From Nostoc sp. (lineage in GTDB: Bacteria > Cyanobacteriota > Cyanobacteriia > Cyanobacteriales > Nostocaceae), in assembly GCA_036918135.1 (NCBI GenBank), contig JBALDB010000056.1, forward strand, positions 160,001 through 224,000: a DNA stretch of 64,000 bases, in the 5' to 3' direction. Positions 53,119 through 64,000 of this stretch are shown here, piece after piece. A program made the position numbers and the translations under genes. Each line of letters starts with the position of its first letter. The first letter of the stretch is position 1. A model generated the notes under the pieces. That model was not told the origin of the DNA, made no database searches, and worked only from the letters and a program-made list of their open reading frames with translations.

Positions 53119-53552
53119 TGATGCCTCCTTGGAGGTATGTTTTAGCATCTGCGAAAATGGCTAAAGTCAAGCTATACACTAGATTAAGTGTATTGACAAA
53201 GTAGTTTCTATCCGATAGTTGCCATCAAAGTTGCTTAATTTTTCTGTATTCATGCTCAGCGATCGCTTGTTTCTCGACTTCACTGACATCGCATTGCTCC
53301 CGATATTTTCCTGTAAAACTCCAGTTCTCAAGATGGATCGCCTTTAATCTCAGTTAATTAATCAATTATCTCCCAGCCGCTATATTTCAAATCCCAGTCG
53401 ATTCAAAGATTTCTTATAGCAAAATCTTTGTGACAAATGAATCGGCTGTCATGGTATAAAGCTGTACGCTCTTACAAGATATATCTTTAGGTTTAATTGA
53501 GTTGACCTACTTCATCACAGTCTTTAATACTGTGACAATTCACGTTAAAATA

Positions 53553-53688
53553 TATAGTAGTCCTAGATGATTTGTGAAATACTTTTATCAAGTCACGCAT
53601 TAGTGATTTTTCCTTTATCCCTTGTAATTCAAAATGACCAAGAACGACCAAAACAAGAATTTTAGCTTTTTCATTTAAGATTGCTATA
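53553..53688. mobile_element. Decayed MITE-like element
   Basis: tatagtagtcctagatga... / ...tcatttaagattgctata termini. Confidence 0.45.
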
Positions 53689-53723
53689 GAATTAATTGTT
53701 ATTTATTAAATACTAGCTTAATT

Positions 53724-54224
53724 ATGAATCCACTGGAAATTCAAGCCGAGTACGAAAAATTTCCGGAAAAATTTGAAAGCATAATCATTAGCACTGTTAG
53801 CGCACAGGGACTACCTAACGCTAGTTATGCGCCGTTTGTAATGGATGATTTTAAAAATATTTATATTTACGTCAGTGGTCTTTCGACTCATACTAAAAAT
53901 CTCTCTGTCAATCCTCATGCTAGTATTTTATTTATTGAAGATGAAGCCAAGAGTAAGCAAATTTTTGCTCGTAGCCGTTTGAGTTTTGATTGTACGGCAA
54001 GTTTGATAGAGCGTGAAACTGACAAGTGGAATCAAATTGTTGAGCAATTTCAAGGTCGATTTGGTCAAATGATAGAGGTTTTACGCGGCTTGTCAGATTT
54101 TCGGATTTTCCAGCTAACTCCTAATGAAGGTCGTTTTGTAGTTGGTTTTGGTGCAGCTTATCAAATTAGTAGTGATAATCTCTATCAACTTGTTCAGATT
54201 ACAGGAGATAGCGACCAAAAATAA
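53724..54224 (+). CDS. HugZ/HutZ-like split-barrel (PNPOx family) heme-binding protein
   Basis: PNASYAPF, VSGLSTHTKNL, IFARSRL, GRFVVGFGAAY. Confidence 0.85.
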   Translation: MNPLEIQAEYEKFPEKFESIIISTVSAQGLPNASYAPFVMDDFKNIYIYVSGLSTHTKNLSVNPHASILFIEDEAKSKQIFARSRLSFDCTASLIERETDKWNQIVEQFQGRFGQMIEVLRGLSDFRIFQLTPNEGRFVVGFGAAYQISSDNLYQLVQITGDSDQK

Positions 54225-54311
54225 CAATATAAGCATAAATACTAAGAATTCAACAGTCACAATAGTTAAATAATCATCAGAACATTTGGTGAATCAATAT
54301 ACTAGTCATAG

Positions 54312-54443
54312 TAGAGAAATCCTATTTGATTTGTGAACAAAATTTAGTACAATTCCAAGCTTCTATAACTCTTTTGCAAGAGTGCTTACCTATAGCGCTT
54401 CGCGCACCCTTCAGATAAGTTCATGAATCAAATCGGATAGCTA
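54312..54443. mobile_element. MITE-like element
   Basis: atcctatttgatttgtgaa / ttcatgaatcaaatcggat inverted termini. Confidence 0.55.
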
Positions 54444-54532
54444 AAGATTATCACTTCTGATTATTAGGTACTCAATTCTGATTGATGAATTATTAATTAT
54501 CAACATTACATTAAAGTTAATTTTTAAATTCT

Positions 54533-55465
54533 ATGCTTAAATTTCAACCTCCTGGCTTTGGACATAAAGTCATCCATACATCCTTGGGGGCAATGATTTA
54601 CTATACTCAAACGAATGTACCTTGGACGATCGCCCTTCGTCCAGAGTTTAATAGAGAAGGGGTTGGCAAAGATATTACTAACACTAAAGATTTACCGCCA
54701 CTTCTATTTCTACATAACTTTGGTGGTGGAGCATCTGCTTATGAATGGTCTAAAGTTTATCCAGCTTTTGCTTCTACTTACCAGATTTTAGCCCCTGATT
54801 TAATTGGTTGGGGAGAATCGGCTCATCCAGTCAGAGATTATCAAATTAAAGATTATCTGGGCACAATCGCCGAATTTATTACCCAAACCTGTCACCGACC
54901 TGTGACGGTGGTAGCCTCATCTTTAACAGCAGCTTTTGCTATTCGTCTAGCTATTACCCAACCGAATTTATTCCAAAGATTATTTTTAGTATGTCCCTCT
55001 GGATTTGATGACTTTGGACAAGGCATTGGACGCAGACTTCCCTTAGCAGCAATTAATACACCTTTATTAGACGATTTTATTTATATTCTTGGTGCTAAAA
55101 ATGAAATTGCAGTCCGAAACTTTTTACAAAGTTTTCTCTTTGCCAAATCACAACGAGTGTCTCAAGAGATGGTAGAAGCTTATTTAACTTCTGCACAACA
55201 ACCCAATGCCAAGTTTGCTGCCTTAGCATTTTTACAGGGTGACCTTTACTTTGACTTAAGTTTATATATTCAACAACTAACAATTCCCACAGTGGTGTTT
55301 TGGGGAGAAAAAGCACAATTTACTAACATCAAATTAGGACGACGATTGGCAAATTTAAATCCTAATGCAATTCAAAAGTTTTATCCGATCGCAGATGCCG
55401 GCATCTTACCTCATTTGGAAGTACCAGAAATTGTCATCGGTCTATTACAGCGATATCTTGGGTAA
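54533..55465 (+). CDS. Alpha/beta hydrolase fold protein
   Basis: LFLHNFGGG, APDLIGWGES, ASSLT, LPHLE. Confidence 0.85.
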   Translation: MLKFQPPGFGHKVIHTSLGAMIYYTQTNVPWTIALRPEFNREGVGKDITNTKDLPPLLFLHNFGGGASAYEWSKVYPAFASTYQILAPDLIGWGESAHPVRDYQIKDYLGTIAEFITQTCHRPVTVVASSLTAAFAIRLAITQPNLFQRLFLVCPSGFDDFGQGIGRRLPLAAINTPLLDDFIYILGAKNEIAVRNFLQSFLFAKSQRVSQEMVEAYLTSAQQPNAKFAALAFLQGDLYFDLSLYIQQLTIPTVVFWGEKAQFTNIKLGRRLANLNPNAIQKFYPIADAGILPHLEVPEIVIGLLQRYLG

Positions 55466-55655
55466 CTGGGGATTGGGGAAGTGGGATTCCCTCTAAAGAT
55501 TAGTGGCTATTGCAATACCCGTTGAGGTGATATTCAGCACACATCGTAGACAATAATAGCTGTATTGCAGAATTTTGAGATTAGATATTAGTATAATTAG
55601 TAAAACTGAAATCTTAAATTATACTAATATTATTTTGGTGAGTACTACACCTTCG

Positions 55656-56765
55656 ATGTCTGCAAATTACTCGCTCTATCCAACACGGCGGGGCAAGCAC
55701 AAAATCTTTATTGGCATGGCTCCTGGGGTAGGTAAAACCTACCGAATGCTGGAAGAAGGACATGCACTCAAACAAGAAGGAATTGATGTAGTTGTTGGGC
55801 TTTTAGAAACCCACGGACGCAAGGAAACAGCAGAAAAGGCACAAGGACTAGAGATTGTCCCCCTTAAACAATATCCTCGCGGTGAGTTGACCCTAAAGGA
55901 TATGGATACAGATGCTATTTTAAAGCGATCGCCCCAATTGGTCTTAATCGATGAACTTGCCCATACTAATGTCCCTGGTTCGCCACGTGAAAAACGCTAT
56001 GAAGATGTAGAAATAGTCTTAGCAGCAGGTATCGATGTTTACTCGACAATGAATGTCCAACATCTGGAAAGTCTCAATGACCTAGTAGCTAGAATTACTG
56101 GAGTGATAGTACGTGAGCGAGTTCCTGACAGAATTCTAGATGAAGCAGATGAAGTAGTATTAGTAGATGTAACACCAGAAACACTGCAAGAACGATTATT
56201 AGAAGGCAAGATTTACGCACCGCAAAAAATCCAACAATCCCTCGATAACTTTTTCCAACGTCGTAACCTCATTGCTTTGCGGGAGTTGGCTTTGCGGGAA
56301 GTCGCAGACAACGTAGAAGAAAACGCGATCGCCACCATACCCAATGGACAATTTTGTAATATACACGAGCGAGTTTTAGTATGTGTATCTACTTACCCTA
56401 ATTCTGTGCAACTGCTACGCCGTGGTGCAAGAATTGCTAGCTACATGAATGCCCCCCTGTATACTTTGTTTGTTGCCGAACCAGAACGCTTCTTGACTAA
56501 AGAAGAAAGTTTACACATTCATACTTGTGAGAAACTCTGTAAAGAATTTGAAGGAACTTTTCTACGGATAACTGATAGTAACGTAGCTAATGCGATCGCC
56601 GAAACAGCAGAGAAATATCGGATTACTCAAATTGTAATTGGAGAAAGTCAGCGATCGCGCTGGCAAATACTCCTGAAAGGCTCTTTAACACAGAAATTGG
56701 TACGCTTGCTCAAAAACATTGATTTGCATATCATCGCCAGCGAAAAAGTGATTTCACCCAAATAG
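55656..56765 (+). CDS. kdpD: Truncated KdpD (N-terminal domain plus USP; no TM or kinase domain)
   Basis: GMAPGVGKT, ETHGR, DELAHTN, NVQHLESLND, LRELALR. Confidence 0.88.
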   Translation: MSANYSLYPTRRGKHKIFIGMAPGVGKTYRMLEEGHALKQEGIDVVVGLLETHGRKETAEKAQGLEIVPLKQYPRGELTLKDMDTDAILKRSPQLVLIDELAHTNVPGSPREKRYEDVEIVLAAGIDVYSTMNVQHLESLNDLVARITGVIVRERVPDRILDEADEVVLVDVTPETLQERLLEGKIYAPQKIQQSLDNFFQRRNLIALRELALREVADNVEENAIATIPNGQFCNIHERVLVCVSTYPNSVQLLRRGARIASYMNAPLYTLFVAEPERFLTKEESLHIHTCEKLCKEFEGTFLRITDSNVANAIAETAEKYRITQIVIGESQRSRWQILLKGSLTQKLVRLLKNIDLHIIASEKVISPK

Positions 56766-56896
56766 GGCGATTATGGGGCATTGGGCATGGGGGGAGTGTA
56801 GGAGGAGTGGAAGGTGTGGGAGGATGGGGAAGAAATCTTTCCCCCCTCTCTCCCCTCTCTCCCCACACTTCCCTATCTCCTCATCTCCCCAGTCCC

Positions 56897-59542
56897 TTAG
56901 CTGACTACGAAATTTACCAACTTTCCAAGCACCACAATTACCTTTTTAATCTCTTTACCTGTAATGTAACGCTGGGCGAGTTCTGATTCCCGGGCATACT
57001 TCTCCTGTACTGCTGCATCTGATTGCCCTGGTACTTGAATCGTGCCGCGAGTTTTGCCATTAATCTGAATCGCCAAAGTAATTTCATCAGCTACTAAAGC
57101 AGCGGGGTCAAATGATGGCCAGGTTTGCGTATGAACTGAATCACTTTCACCCAACAAATGCCATAATTCATCAGCAATGTGTGGTGCAAAAGGTGCTAGC
57201 AATACTACCAAAGTGCGAATGCCTTCTGCATAAATTGGTGAATTTTTGCAGCTAGCATCAGTTAGAGCATTACTCAACTTCATCAATTCTGAAATAGCTG
57301 TGTTGAATTGATATTCGTCTTCCACGTCTTCCGTCACTGCTTGAATAGCCGTGTGAATTGCCCGCCGCAATTCTTTTTCTGCCTTACTTAAATCAGATTG
57401 GGGTTCGTTATCGGATATTCCAGCAGCAATATAATCTGCCACCAAACGCCAAACTCGATTTAAAAAGCGGAATTGTCCTTCTACATCGGCTTCATCCCAT
57501 TCCAAATCTTTTTCTGGCGGTGCTTTGAACAAAATGAACATCCGTGCTGTATCTACACCGTATTTGGAAATTACATCTTCTGGTGCTACACCGTTCCCCT
57601 TGGACTTAGACATCGTGGCGTAGAGACGTTGCAGTGGTTCGCCTGTCTGGGGGTCACGGGGGTCAGCAGCATTTACCAGATCGGAAGCAATCCATTTATC
57701 CTTACCACCCTTTTGGGGATTCAAGTAAGTTAAACCCTGCACCATCCCTTGAGTTAACAGGCGTTGGAAGGGTTCGTCAAAATTCAACAAACCTCTGTCT
57801 CGTAGTACCTTGGTAAAGAACCGCGAATACAACAAATGTAAAATTGCGTGTTCAATCCCACCCACGTACTGATCGACTGGCATCCAATCATTGATTTTAC
57901 TGGAATTAAAAACCTGTTCTTCATTCTTAGCATCTGGAAACCGCAAGAAATACCACGAAGAATCAATAAAAGTGTCCATCGTGTCAGTTTCCCGCTTGGC
58001 TGGAGTGCCACAAGTCGGACAAGGCACATTCACCCAACTTGACAACTGCGTTAAAGGTGAACCGCCACGTCCGGTAAATTCCACCTCTTGGGGCAACTCT
58101 ACTGGCAAATCTTTGTCAGGCACTGGTACTATCCCACAATTAGGACAGTGAATTACGGGTATCGGCGCGCCCCAGTAACGCTGCCGGGAAATCAACCAAT
58201 CGCGCAAGCGGTATTGCACCCGTACTTTACCAAAACCTTGTTTTTCGGCGTATTCAATTATCGCCTGTTTAGCATCTGGAGAAGCCATGCCAGTAAAAGC
58301 CCCGGAATTAATTAAAATTCCTGGTTCAGTGTATGCCTGATTGTATTCAATTTGAATTACTTGCGTGACTTCATCCATCTCTGATGTTGGAGTTAAATCA
58401 AAACCTGCAACATCATCCGGGGAAACGATAACAAAATCAATCGGCAAATCATAAGTTCGGGCAAACTTAAAATCTCGAACATCGTGTGCCGGTACACCCA
58501 TGACTGCCCCTGTACCATACTCATACAGTACGTAGTCAGCAATCCAAATCGGCACTTCTTCCCCTGTAAACGGGTTAATTGCCTTACCGCCTGTAGGGAC
58601 ACCCCGCTTAGGTTTGTCTTCAGCAGTACGTTCCAACTCACTTTGATGAGAAATCTCTTTAATAAAAGCTTCTACTGTCGCTTGTTGTTCTTTTGTGGTG
58701 ACACGCTTTGTTAAAGAATGTTCTGGTGCTAATACTACATAACTCACACCATAAACTGTATCTGGGCGTGTGGTGTACACAGCAATTTTTTCATCTATTC
58801 CTATGATGGGAAATTCTAAGTAAGCGCCTGTAGATTTGCCAATCCAGTTTGCTTGCATTAATTTGACGCGTTCCGGCCAACCCGTTAACTTATCCAAGTC
58901 GTTGAGTAATTCTTCAGCATAGTCAGTAATCTTGAAAAACCACTGCCGCAACAATTTACGCTCAACTATTGCGCCACTGCGCCAAGAACGTCCTTCACTA
59001 TCGACTTGCTCATTTGCCAATACAGTTTGGTCAATGGGATCCCAGTTTACCGCCGCTTCTTTTTGGTAAGCTAACCCTGCTTGTAAAAATTGCAAAAAAA
59101 TCCATTGCGTCCACTTGTAATAATCTGGCGAACAGGTAGCGAGTTCGCATTCCCAGTCGATGGATAAGCCAAGACGCTGCAATTGTTGGCGCATCTGGGC
59201 AATATTCTGATAAGTCCACTTTGCTGGGGGTACACCACGGTCAATGGCAGCGTTTTCTGCTGGCAAACCAAAAGCATCCCAACCCATTGGGTGTATTACT
59301 CGATACCCTTGCATTCGCTTAAGGCGGGCAATTACGTCAGTAATCGTATAATTACGGACGTGCCCCATATGTAAGCTGCCCGATGGATAAGGAAACATGG
59401 ATAAAGCGTAAAATTTTGGCTTGTTACTAACTGTAGGTGTCTTATCTAAGCCAAGTTCTGCCCATATTTTTTGCCATTTTTCCTCAATTGCTGCGGGGTT
59501 GTATCGAGAATCAACTGAATAAGGTATTTCCAATGGTTTCAT
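56897..59542 (-). CDS. leuS: Leucine-tRNA ligase
   Basis: [34 protein letters not shown]. Confidence 0.97.
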   Translation of the reverse strand: MKPLEIPYSVDSRYNPAAIEEKWQKIWAELGLDKTPTVSNKPKFYALSMFPYPSGSLHMGHVRNYTITDVIARLKRMQGYRVIHPMGWDAFGLPAENAAIDRGVPPAKWTYQNIAQMRQQLQRLGLSIDWECELATCSPDYYKWTQWIFLQFLQAGLAYQKEAAVNWDPIDQTVLANEQVDSEGRSWRSGAIVERKLLRQWFFKITDYAEELLNDLDKLTGWPERVKLMQANWIGKSTGAYLEFPIIGIDEKIAVYTTRPDTVYGVSYVVLAPEHSLTKRVTTKEQQATVEAFIKEISHQSELERTAEDKPKRGVPTGGKAINPFTGEEVPIWIADYVLYEYGTGAVMGVPAHDVRDFKFARTYDLPIDFVIVSPDDVAGFDLTPTSEMDEVTQVIQIEYNQAYTEPGILINSGAFTGMASPDAKQAIIEYAEKQGFGKVRVQYRLRDWLISRQRYWGAPIPVIHCPNCGIVPVPDKDLPVELPQEVEFTGRGGSPLTQLSSWVNVPCPTCGTPAKRETDTMDTFIDSSWYFLRFPDAKNEEQVFNSSKINDWMPVDQYVGGIEHAILHLLYSRFFTKVLRDRGLLNFDEPFQRLLTQGMVQGLTYLNPQKGGKDKWIASDLVNAADPRDPQTGEPLQRLYATMSKSKGNGVAPEDVISKYGVDTARMFILFKAPPEKDLEWDEADVEGQFRFLNRVWRLVADYIAAGISDNEPQSDLSKAEKELRRAIHTAIQAVTEDVEDEYQFNTAISELMKLSNALTDASCKNSPIYAEGIRTLVVLLAPFAPHIADELWHLLGESDSVHTQTWPSFDPAALVADEITLAIQINGKTRGTIQVPGQSDAAVQEKYARESELAQRYITGKEIKKVIVVLGKLVNFVVS

Positions 59543-59939
59543 CCCTGTTACGCTTTATTTCTACTAATCCTAAGTATTTACTTTTTAGTACATTTGAACT
59601 GCTAAGTTAATTATCTGTCTAATAATTTACGTTTAACGTGAATCAAGTCTTGGAACCCATGTAATTTCGTAGGTAGTGCCAAAACAATTATTTTGGGCGA
59701 ATCTAAAAACTCTTGTGGGATAAGAGGCGTTTCTAATTCACTTCTTACATAATTTATAAAATTAAATTATAAAATCAATTTTGAAATCTCCTGTATTTCT
59801 CATTCCTATCTATCTTATATCCCTAAAGTTCTTAGACTATCAGGGACAGTCTTTATTTCAAGTTCGGATCTCAACATATAGAAAAATCAAAAAACTCCTC
59901 ATTGTTGAGGAGTGCGCTAAGAATCCTGTAAAGTGTGGA

Positions 59940-60012
59940 CTACTGATTTACTAGTGCGATCGCCTCTTCAAGCCTCATCTTAGCCAGATGTAGGTTCTGA
60001 ACGTGTAAACAT
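59940..60012 (-). pseudogene. Internally deleted paralog of 17505-17882
   Basis: MFTRSE joined out of frame to NLHLAKMRLEEAIALVNQ*; terminator at 59888-59913. Confidence 0.75.
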
Positions 60013-60132
60013 AGAATTACCATTTCTCAAAAGTGGTATCGGTGGGTAACAACTTTCTCACAGTGGATACCCACTGATTAATGATTATTCAATACGCTTC
60101 CACATTAGTACAGCTTTATTAAGTAACGTAAA

Positions 60133-60333
60133 GTGTCTAAAGATAATCGTGGCAACCCAGACATTAAAAACTATGGTTTCAAAACTGATAGAGAAGAACC
60201 CTTAACCGAAAAGATGAATATACGCATGACTAAATCAATGAAACAAGAAGTACATAAACAAGACGACCCTCCAGAATTTTGTAGAGAAGCAATTCAAAAA
60301 GCACTGGATGAGAAAAAAGGAAAAGACAAGTAA
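60133..60333 (+). CDS. Small CopG/RHH-like protein, paralog of 17193-17381
   Basis: GNP...REEPL...R.T..MK.EV..QDDP..FCREAIQ.ALD. Confidence 0.78.
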   Translation: MSKDNRGNPDIKNYGFKTDREEPLTEKMNIRMTKSMKQEVHKQDDPPEFCREAIQKALDEKKGKDK

Positions 60334-60420
60334 GCTGTAATGTGAATACTTTCTTATAAATTAAAAACCCCTCCTGATGATGTAAGGAAGGGTTTATTAA
60401 TCAGATGGTTAAAATAGGCA

Positions 60421-60870
60421 ATGTTTGAATCAAATATAAAATTTTCTGATTTGGTACATGTTTTTGTTTATGGCACCCTCAAACCAGGTGAAGCTAACTA
60501 TAAAAGATACTGCGCTGGCAAAGTCGTAGATGTTAAAAAAGCTTTTGTACAAGGCAAATTGTTTGCTTTACCAATGGGCTACCCAGCAATGACGCTAGGC
60601 GATAGCCAAGTCTACGGTTATTTACTTTCTTTTCCCAACCCAGCAATTTTAAATCAGCTTGATGTATTAGAGGATTACCACCCGACTAGAGAAATCTCAC
60701 AAAACCTCTATAATCGAAAAACTGTCGAGGTTTATCAGGGAGAGTGGCTTTCTCTAGGATGGGCTTGGGTTTACTTAATGAGTTTAGAGCGAGTTAACGA
60801 ATTAGGAGGTGTCCTCCAAGCTGACGGCTGGTGGAGTAACTCCGGCTTAACTACAAAGTACAATTATTAA
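60421..60870 (+). CDS. Gamma-glutamylcyclotransferase family protein
   Basis: VFVYGTLKPG, GYPA, LDVLE. Confidence 0.9.
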   Translation: MFESNIKFSDLVHVFVYGTLKPGEANYKRYCAGKVVDVKKAFVQGKLFALPMGYPAMTLGDSQVYGYLLSFPNPAILNQLDVLEDYHPTREISQNLYNRKTVEVYQGEWLSLGWAWVYLMSLERVNELGGVLQADGWWSNSGLTTKYNY

Positions 60871-60890
60871 TCTGTAAATTGTTAATCCAA

Positions 60891-61505
60891 TTAATTTATG
60901 TCGTCTGTGGAATCCTGGCGTTGTGGCTGTACCTGATAAATTGAATTTTCCGGAGATGCTACTGCTGCTTTCGGAATTTCAATTACTGGATTATTTAGTC
61001 CTACCATGAGCGAGGAAGGAGGTACTAAAGACGCTGAGGACATTTGTGACGATTCTATTTGTGGTCTTTGTGCCAGTTGTGGTGTTCTCGAACCACCAGT
61101 TACTAAACCAGATATTGCGCCTATAGCACAAGCCGCAGCTGCTACGCTTCCAACCATCCAGTTGAAGCGAGAACGGCGGCGCAAACGTGCTAATACCTGC
61201 TGGGCTGTTGCTTCTGGTGACTGTTGGACTGTTGGCACTGGGAGAGTCCGCAAGCCCTGCCTAAGCTTCAATAATCGGGCATACAAGCATTGAACTGAGG
61301 CATCATTTGCCAGCCATTCTTCTACTTGTCTGCGCTCGGCGGCTGTAACTTCGCCATCAAGATAAGCACTTAATAACTCGAAGCGATCGCGCTTCACCAT
61401 ATTCATAAAACCCGTTGATTCATTGGTATACTCAACCATTCCATCTGACAAATCTTCAGGAAGTTGTAAGGGGGAACGATCATCAAACTGAGAATCAGTA
61501 GTCAT
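60891..61505 (-). CDS. Transmembrane anti-sigma factor (SapG-like)
   Basis: FELLSAYLDGE...VEEWL, TM helix; follows the ECF sigma gene. Confidence 0.85.
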   Translation of the reverse strand: MTTDSQFDDRSPLQLPEDLSDGMVEYTNESTGFMNMVKRDRFELLSAYLDGEVTAAERRQVEEWLANDASVQCLYARLLKLRQGLRTLPVPTVQQSPEATAQQVLARLRRRSRFNWMVGSVAAAACAIGAISGLVTGGSRTPQLAQRPQIESSQMSSASLVPPSSLMVGLNNPVIEIPKAAVASPENSIYQVQPQRQDSTDDIN

Positions 61506-61662
61506 CTTAACATTATTACCAATTCATACACGGGTAAAGTGAATTGAAAATTCGGAAAAATTACGCAATTTTCCTCCTAACAGCAGAAGTTATCTACGTC
61601 TTTCTAGGGATTCTTAATCAATGCTTAAATTCCACCATTGGGCAGAGGTAAAATACTGTAGA

Positions 61663-62319
61663 TTAGGAATCTAGATAGTTTTGCAATTGAGCTTGCAATC
61701 TAGATCTAGCTCTAGCAATTCTTGACTTGACAGTTCCTAAGGAAACTCCAGTAATTTCAGCAATTTCTTCGTATGCCATGCCTTCAATTTCTCTGAGGAC
61801 AATAGTAGTACGAAACACTTCTGGTAAATCGGCGATCGCTTCCCGTAGTTGCTCGTAAAATTCTCTAGTTGTCAATTCTTCTTCCGGCCCTGGTGTATCG
61901 CCAGCAATTTCCCAATCCATTTCACCATCCTCTACCGAGCGGGGAGCATCGAGTGACAACGGACTCACAATTCGCTTGCGTTTTCGCAACTCATCGTAAA
62001 ACAAGTTGGTAGCAATGCGGCTTAACCAGCCCCGAAATTTAGCAGGCTCTTGTAATCGATTAATATTCCGATACACTCGAATCCATACTTCTTGGGCCAA
62101 ATCAGCTCTGTCAGCCCAATCTGGAGCTAAATGGTATAGAACCCGATCGACTTGGGTTTGATAGCGGCGCAGTAGTTCTGCAAATGCAGCACGATCTGGG
62201 CGCAGTCCAGCTTGACAACGCAAAATTAAATCGTGGTTAGGAAGTTTGTCAACTTGCACTGATGCTTCTGGATACTTTGCATCAACTGTTGACCAGGATA
62301 CAGTAATCGACTGACTCAT
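61663..62319 (-). CDS. sigG: ECF sigma factor SigG
   Basis: DLAQEVWIRVY, FRGWL.RIATN, YEEIAE..GVSLGTVKSRIARAR. Confidence 0.88.
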   Translation of the reverse strand: MSQSITVSWSTVDAKYPEASVQVDKLPNHDLILRCQAGLRPDRAAFAELLRRYQTQVDRVLYHLAPDWADRADLAQEVWIRVYRNINRLQEPAKFRGWLSRIATNLFYDELRKRKRIVSPLSLDAPRSVEDGEMDWEIAGDTPGPEEELTTREFYEQLREAIADLPEVFRTTIVLREIEGMAYEEIAEITGVSLGTVKSRIARARSRLQAQLQNYLDS

Positions 62320-62687
62320 AAATCGTACTGGGTCTAAATCATCCCTTTCTATTAGACCTGCTAATAAGGCACAAGTTCCTTGCTAAGGTGACGGATTTAT
62401 GACTGGAACACTGAGGCACACAATTTTAGCTAAATTTATAGCAATTAAGAGAACCTCTTTGTCCTTATACTGCTTGCATGTTTTTGTTTTATCTATCAAC
62501 TAACAAAGGCGTACAACTTATGCACATTTTGTTACTTTTAGCAACTGGGTATATACGCTTGCTCAAAATAATTAAATTTAGTTATAAGGATGAGAATAAA
62601 AATTTTGTAATTCTAGCTTCTTGATACCTTTAAAATTTAGGCAATAATTTCCGAAAGTTGGGTTACTCTAGTGACGATAATGGTAGT

Positions 62688-62840
62688 TTATTTTGGAGAT
62701 TTTGTTACCACAATAGTTGCTGATTGTTCTGGTTGTAGTACGTAACTAGCACTAGAGTTATTTTGCTCTGGTAGATGAACTTCAAAAAATAAGTTGAGGG
62801 AAAATGTAATCGTGACTGCTAGTAATAGTTTTTCAAACAT
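62688..62840 (-). CDS. Small hypothetical membrane or exported protein
   Basis: MFEKLLLAVTITFSLNLF with GGAAG upstream. Confidence 0.5.
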   Translation of the reverse strand: MFEKLLLAVTITFSLNLFFEVHLPEQNNSSASYVLQPEQSATIVVTKSPK

Positions 62841-63112
62841 GGTTTTTCTTCCACCCACACCATTAATAATTGATAGTTCCATTTCCAAAGTTCCACCAGA
62901 AAGTCCGAGTAGAGGCTTACAACCTCCTGAACTTTGGAGGAATAAGATTCTGACTGGAAGTTTTGCTGTTGGAACAATGCGTATGGCCTTAGTTTGCCCA
63001 AAGCTATTGGCAGATTAATAGCAGAAGTGATAAGTATTGATAAATTTTTGACGATCGGATGATGAACCCATCCAATTGTTCGGTTGGATACGTCAGGGAT
63101 AAACAATAGGCG

Positions 63113-64000
63113 ATGGCAATGGTAAGAAACGAATCTGTAGGGCGTATGGTAATGTTGCTTTGCTTTGGCACAGCATTTTTGTCTTTAGCTGTGCATTGGC
63201 GCATTACTACGGCACAACGGCAGTTTGAAAAGTCGGCATTTGCTTCGATGCGGCGAGATTCTAGCCAAACCAACCCTAAGGGAAGCCGCCCAGAACAAGT
63301 CTATAAGAATTTTTCACAAGTTAGTTTAGGAGAAGTTGCGCTCGGTGCAGGTGTTTCTCCTAGTGAAAATAGGCAAGGCTTAAGTATTGAGTCTAATACT
63401 AAGTCAAAAAGAATTAAGAAGAATATAGCTAAAGCAACAGTACGCACGTCTTCTAGACTCAAGCTTCAAACCAAGTCGAAAAAAATTAAGAAAAATTTAA
63501 CTCAAGCAACCGAGCAAAGGGCTTCTGCGCTCAACTCTGGTGTAAAATCTCAAAATAAGCCCCAAACAATTAAGAAAAATATAGCTAATTCTCCACAGCT
63601 ATCAACCAAGACGCGGTTAGTAGCACAAGCAGAAACACAAAATCCAGTTGTAGATAGTTGGCCAAAAGCTCTGTGGCCCCAAGCTTCAGCCGAACAACTA
63701 CCATCTAATAAGTTACTATCTGGGAAAACAAAAGTGGTGGTTGATTTAAGCGATCGCCGCACCTACGTATACGTAGGAGATGAGGTGATTGCAAGCTACC
63801 CGATAGCTGTCGGTAAGAAAGGTTGGGAAACGCCTACGGGTTCTTTCCAAGTGATACACATGCGACATTATCCAGTCTGGCGTCACCCAATTACTGGCAA
63901 AATATTTGAAGCAGGTACAGATAGTCCGTTAGGAGACAGATGGATTGGCTTTTGGTCAGATGGACGGAATGAAATTGGCTTTCATGGCACACCCGACATT
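63113..64000 (+). CDS. L,D-transpeptidase (YkuD family), partial
   Basis: Manual translation: signal anchor, VVVDLSDRR.Y...YPIAVGK.GWETPTG.F...SPLGDRWIGF...IGFHGT. Confidence 0.9.
   Translation, partial: MAMVRNESVGRMVMLLCFGTAFLSLAVHWRITTAQRQFEKSAFASMRRDSSQTNPKGSRPEQVYKNFSQVSLGEVALGAGVSPSENRQGLSIESNTKSKRIKKNIAKATVRTSSRLKLQTKSKKIKKNLTQATEQRASALNSGVKSQNKPQTIKKNIANSPQLSTKTRLVAQAETQNPVVDSWPKALWPQASAEQLPSNKLLSGKTKVVVDLSDRRTYVYVGDEVIASYPIAVGKKGWETPTGSFQVIHMRHYPVWRHPITGKIFEAGTDSPLGDRWIGFWSDGRNEIGFHGTPDI

Overview
Chromosomal window from a heterocyst-forming cyanobacterium (Nostocales-like: abundant HIP1 GCGATCGC sites, STRR heptamer repeats). Housekeeping content: a CO2-concentrating locus (ccmK2-K1-L-M-N-O plus a CmpR-like LysR gene, divergent from ndhF4-ndhD4-cupB), hom, petH/prk, argJ, gatA, hfq/dapF, ada/alkA, leuS and sigG with its anti-sigma factor. 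An accessory tract at about 11.7-18.9 kb holds Uma2 nucleases, two Ser/Thr kinases, gene remnants, 27-bp insertions into HIP1 sites, a 21-bp tandem array and an RHH/SAP-like cassette that recurs in decayed form at 60 kb. IS5 debris lies at 35.5 kb. The strongest novel signal is in the non-coding leader of an atypical AAA+ ATPase gene (30.4-30.6 kb, minus strand): a gap-free structural mimic of the 23S rRNA GTPase-associated centre (H43-H44, the uL11/thiostrepton site), with a competing anti-strand and an upstream palindromic operator. No tRNA, rRNA operon or CRISPR array was seen. All homology calls come from motif recognition and memory; no database searches were run.
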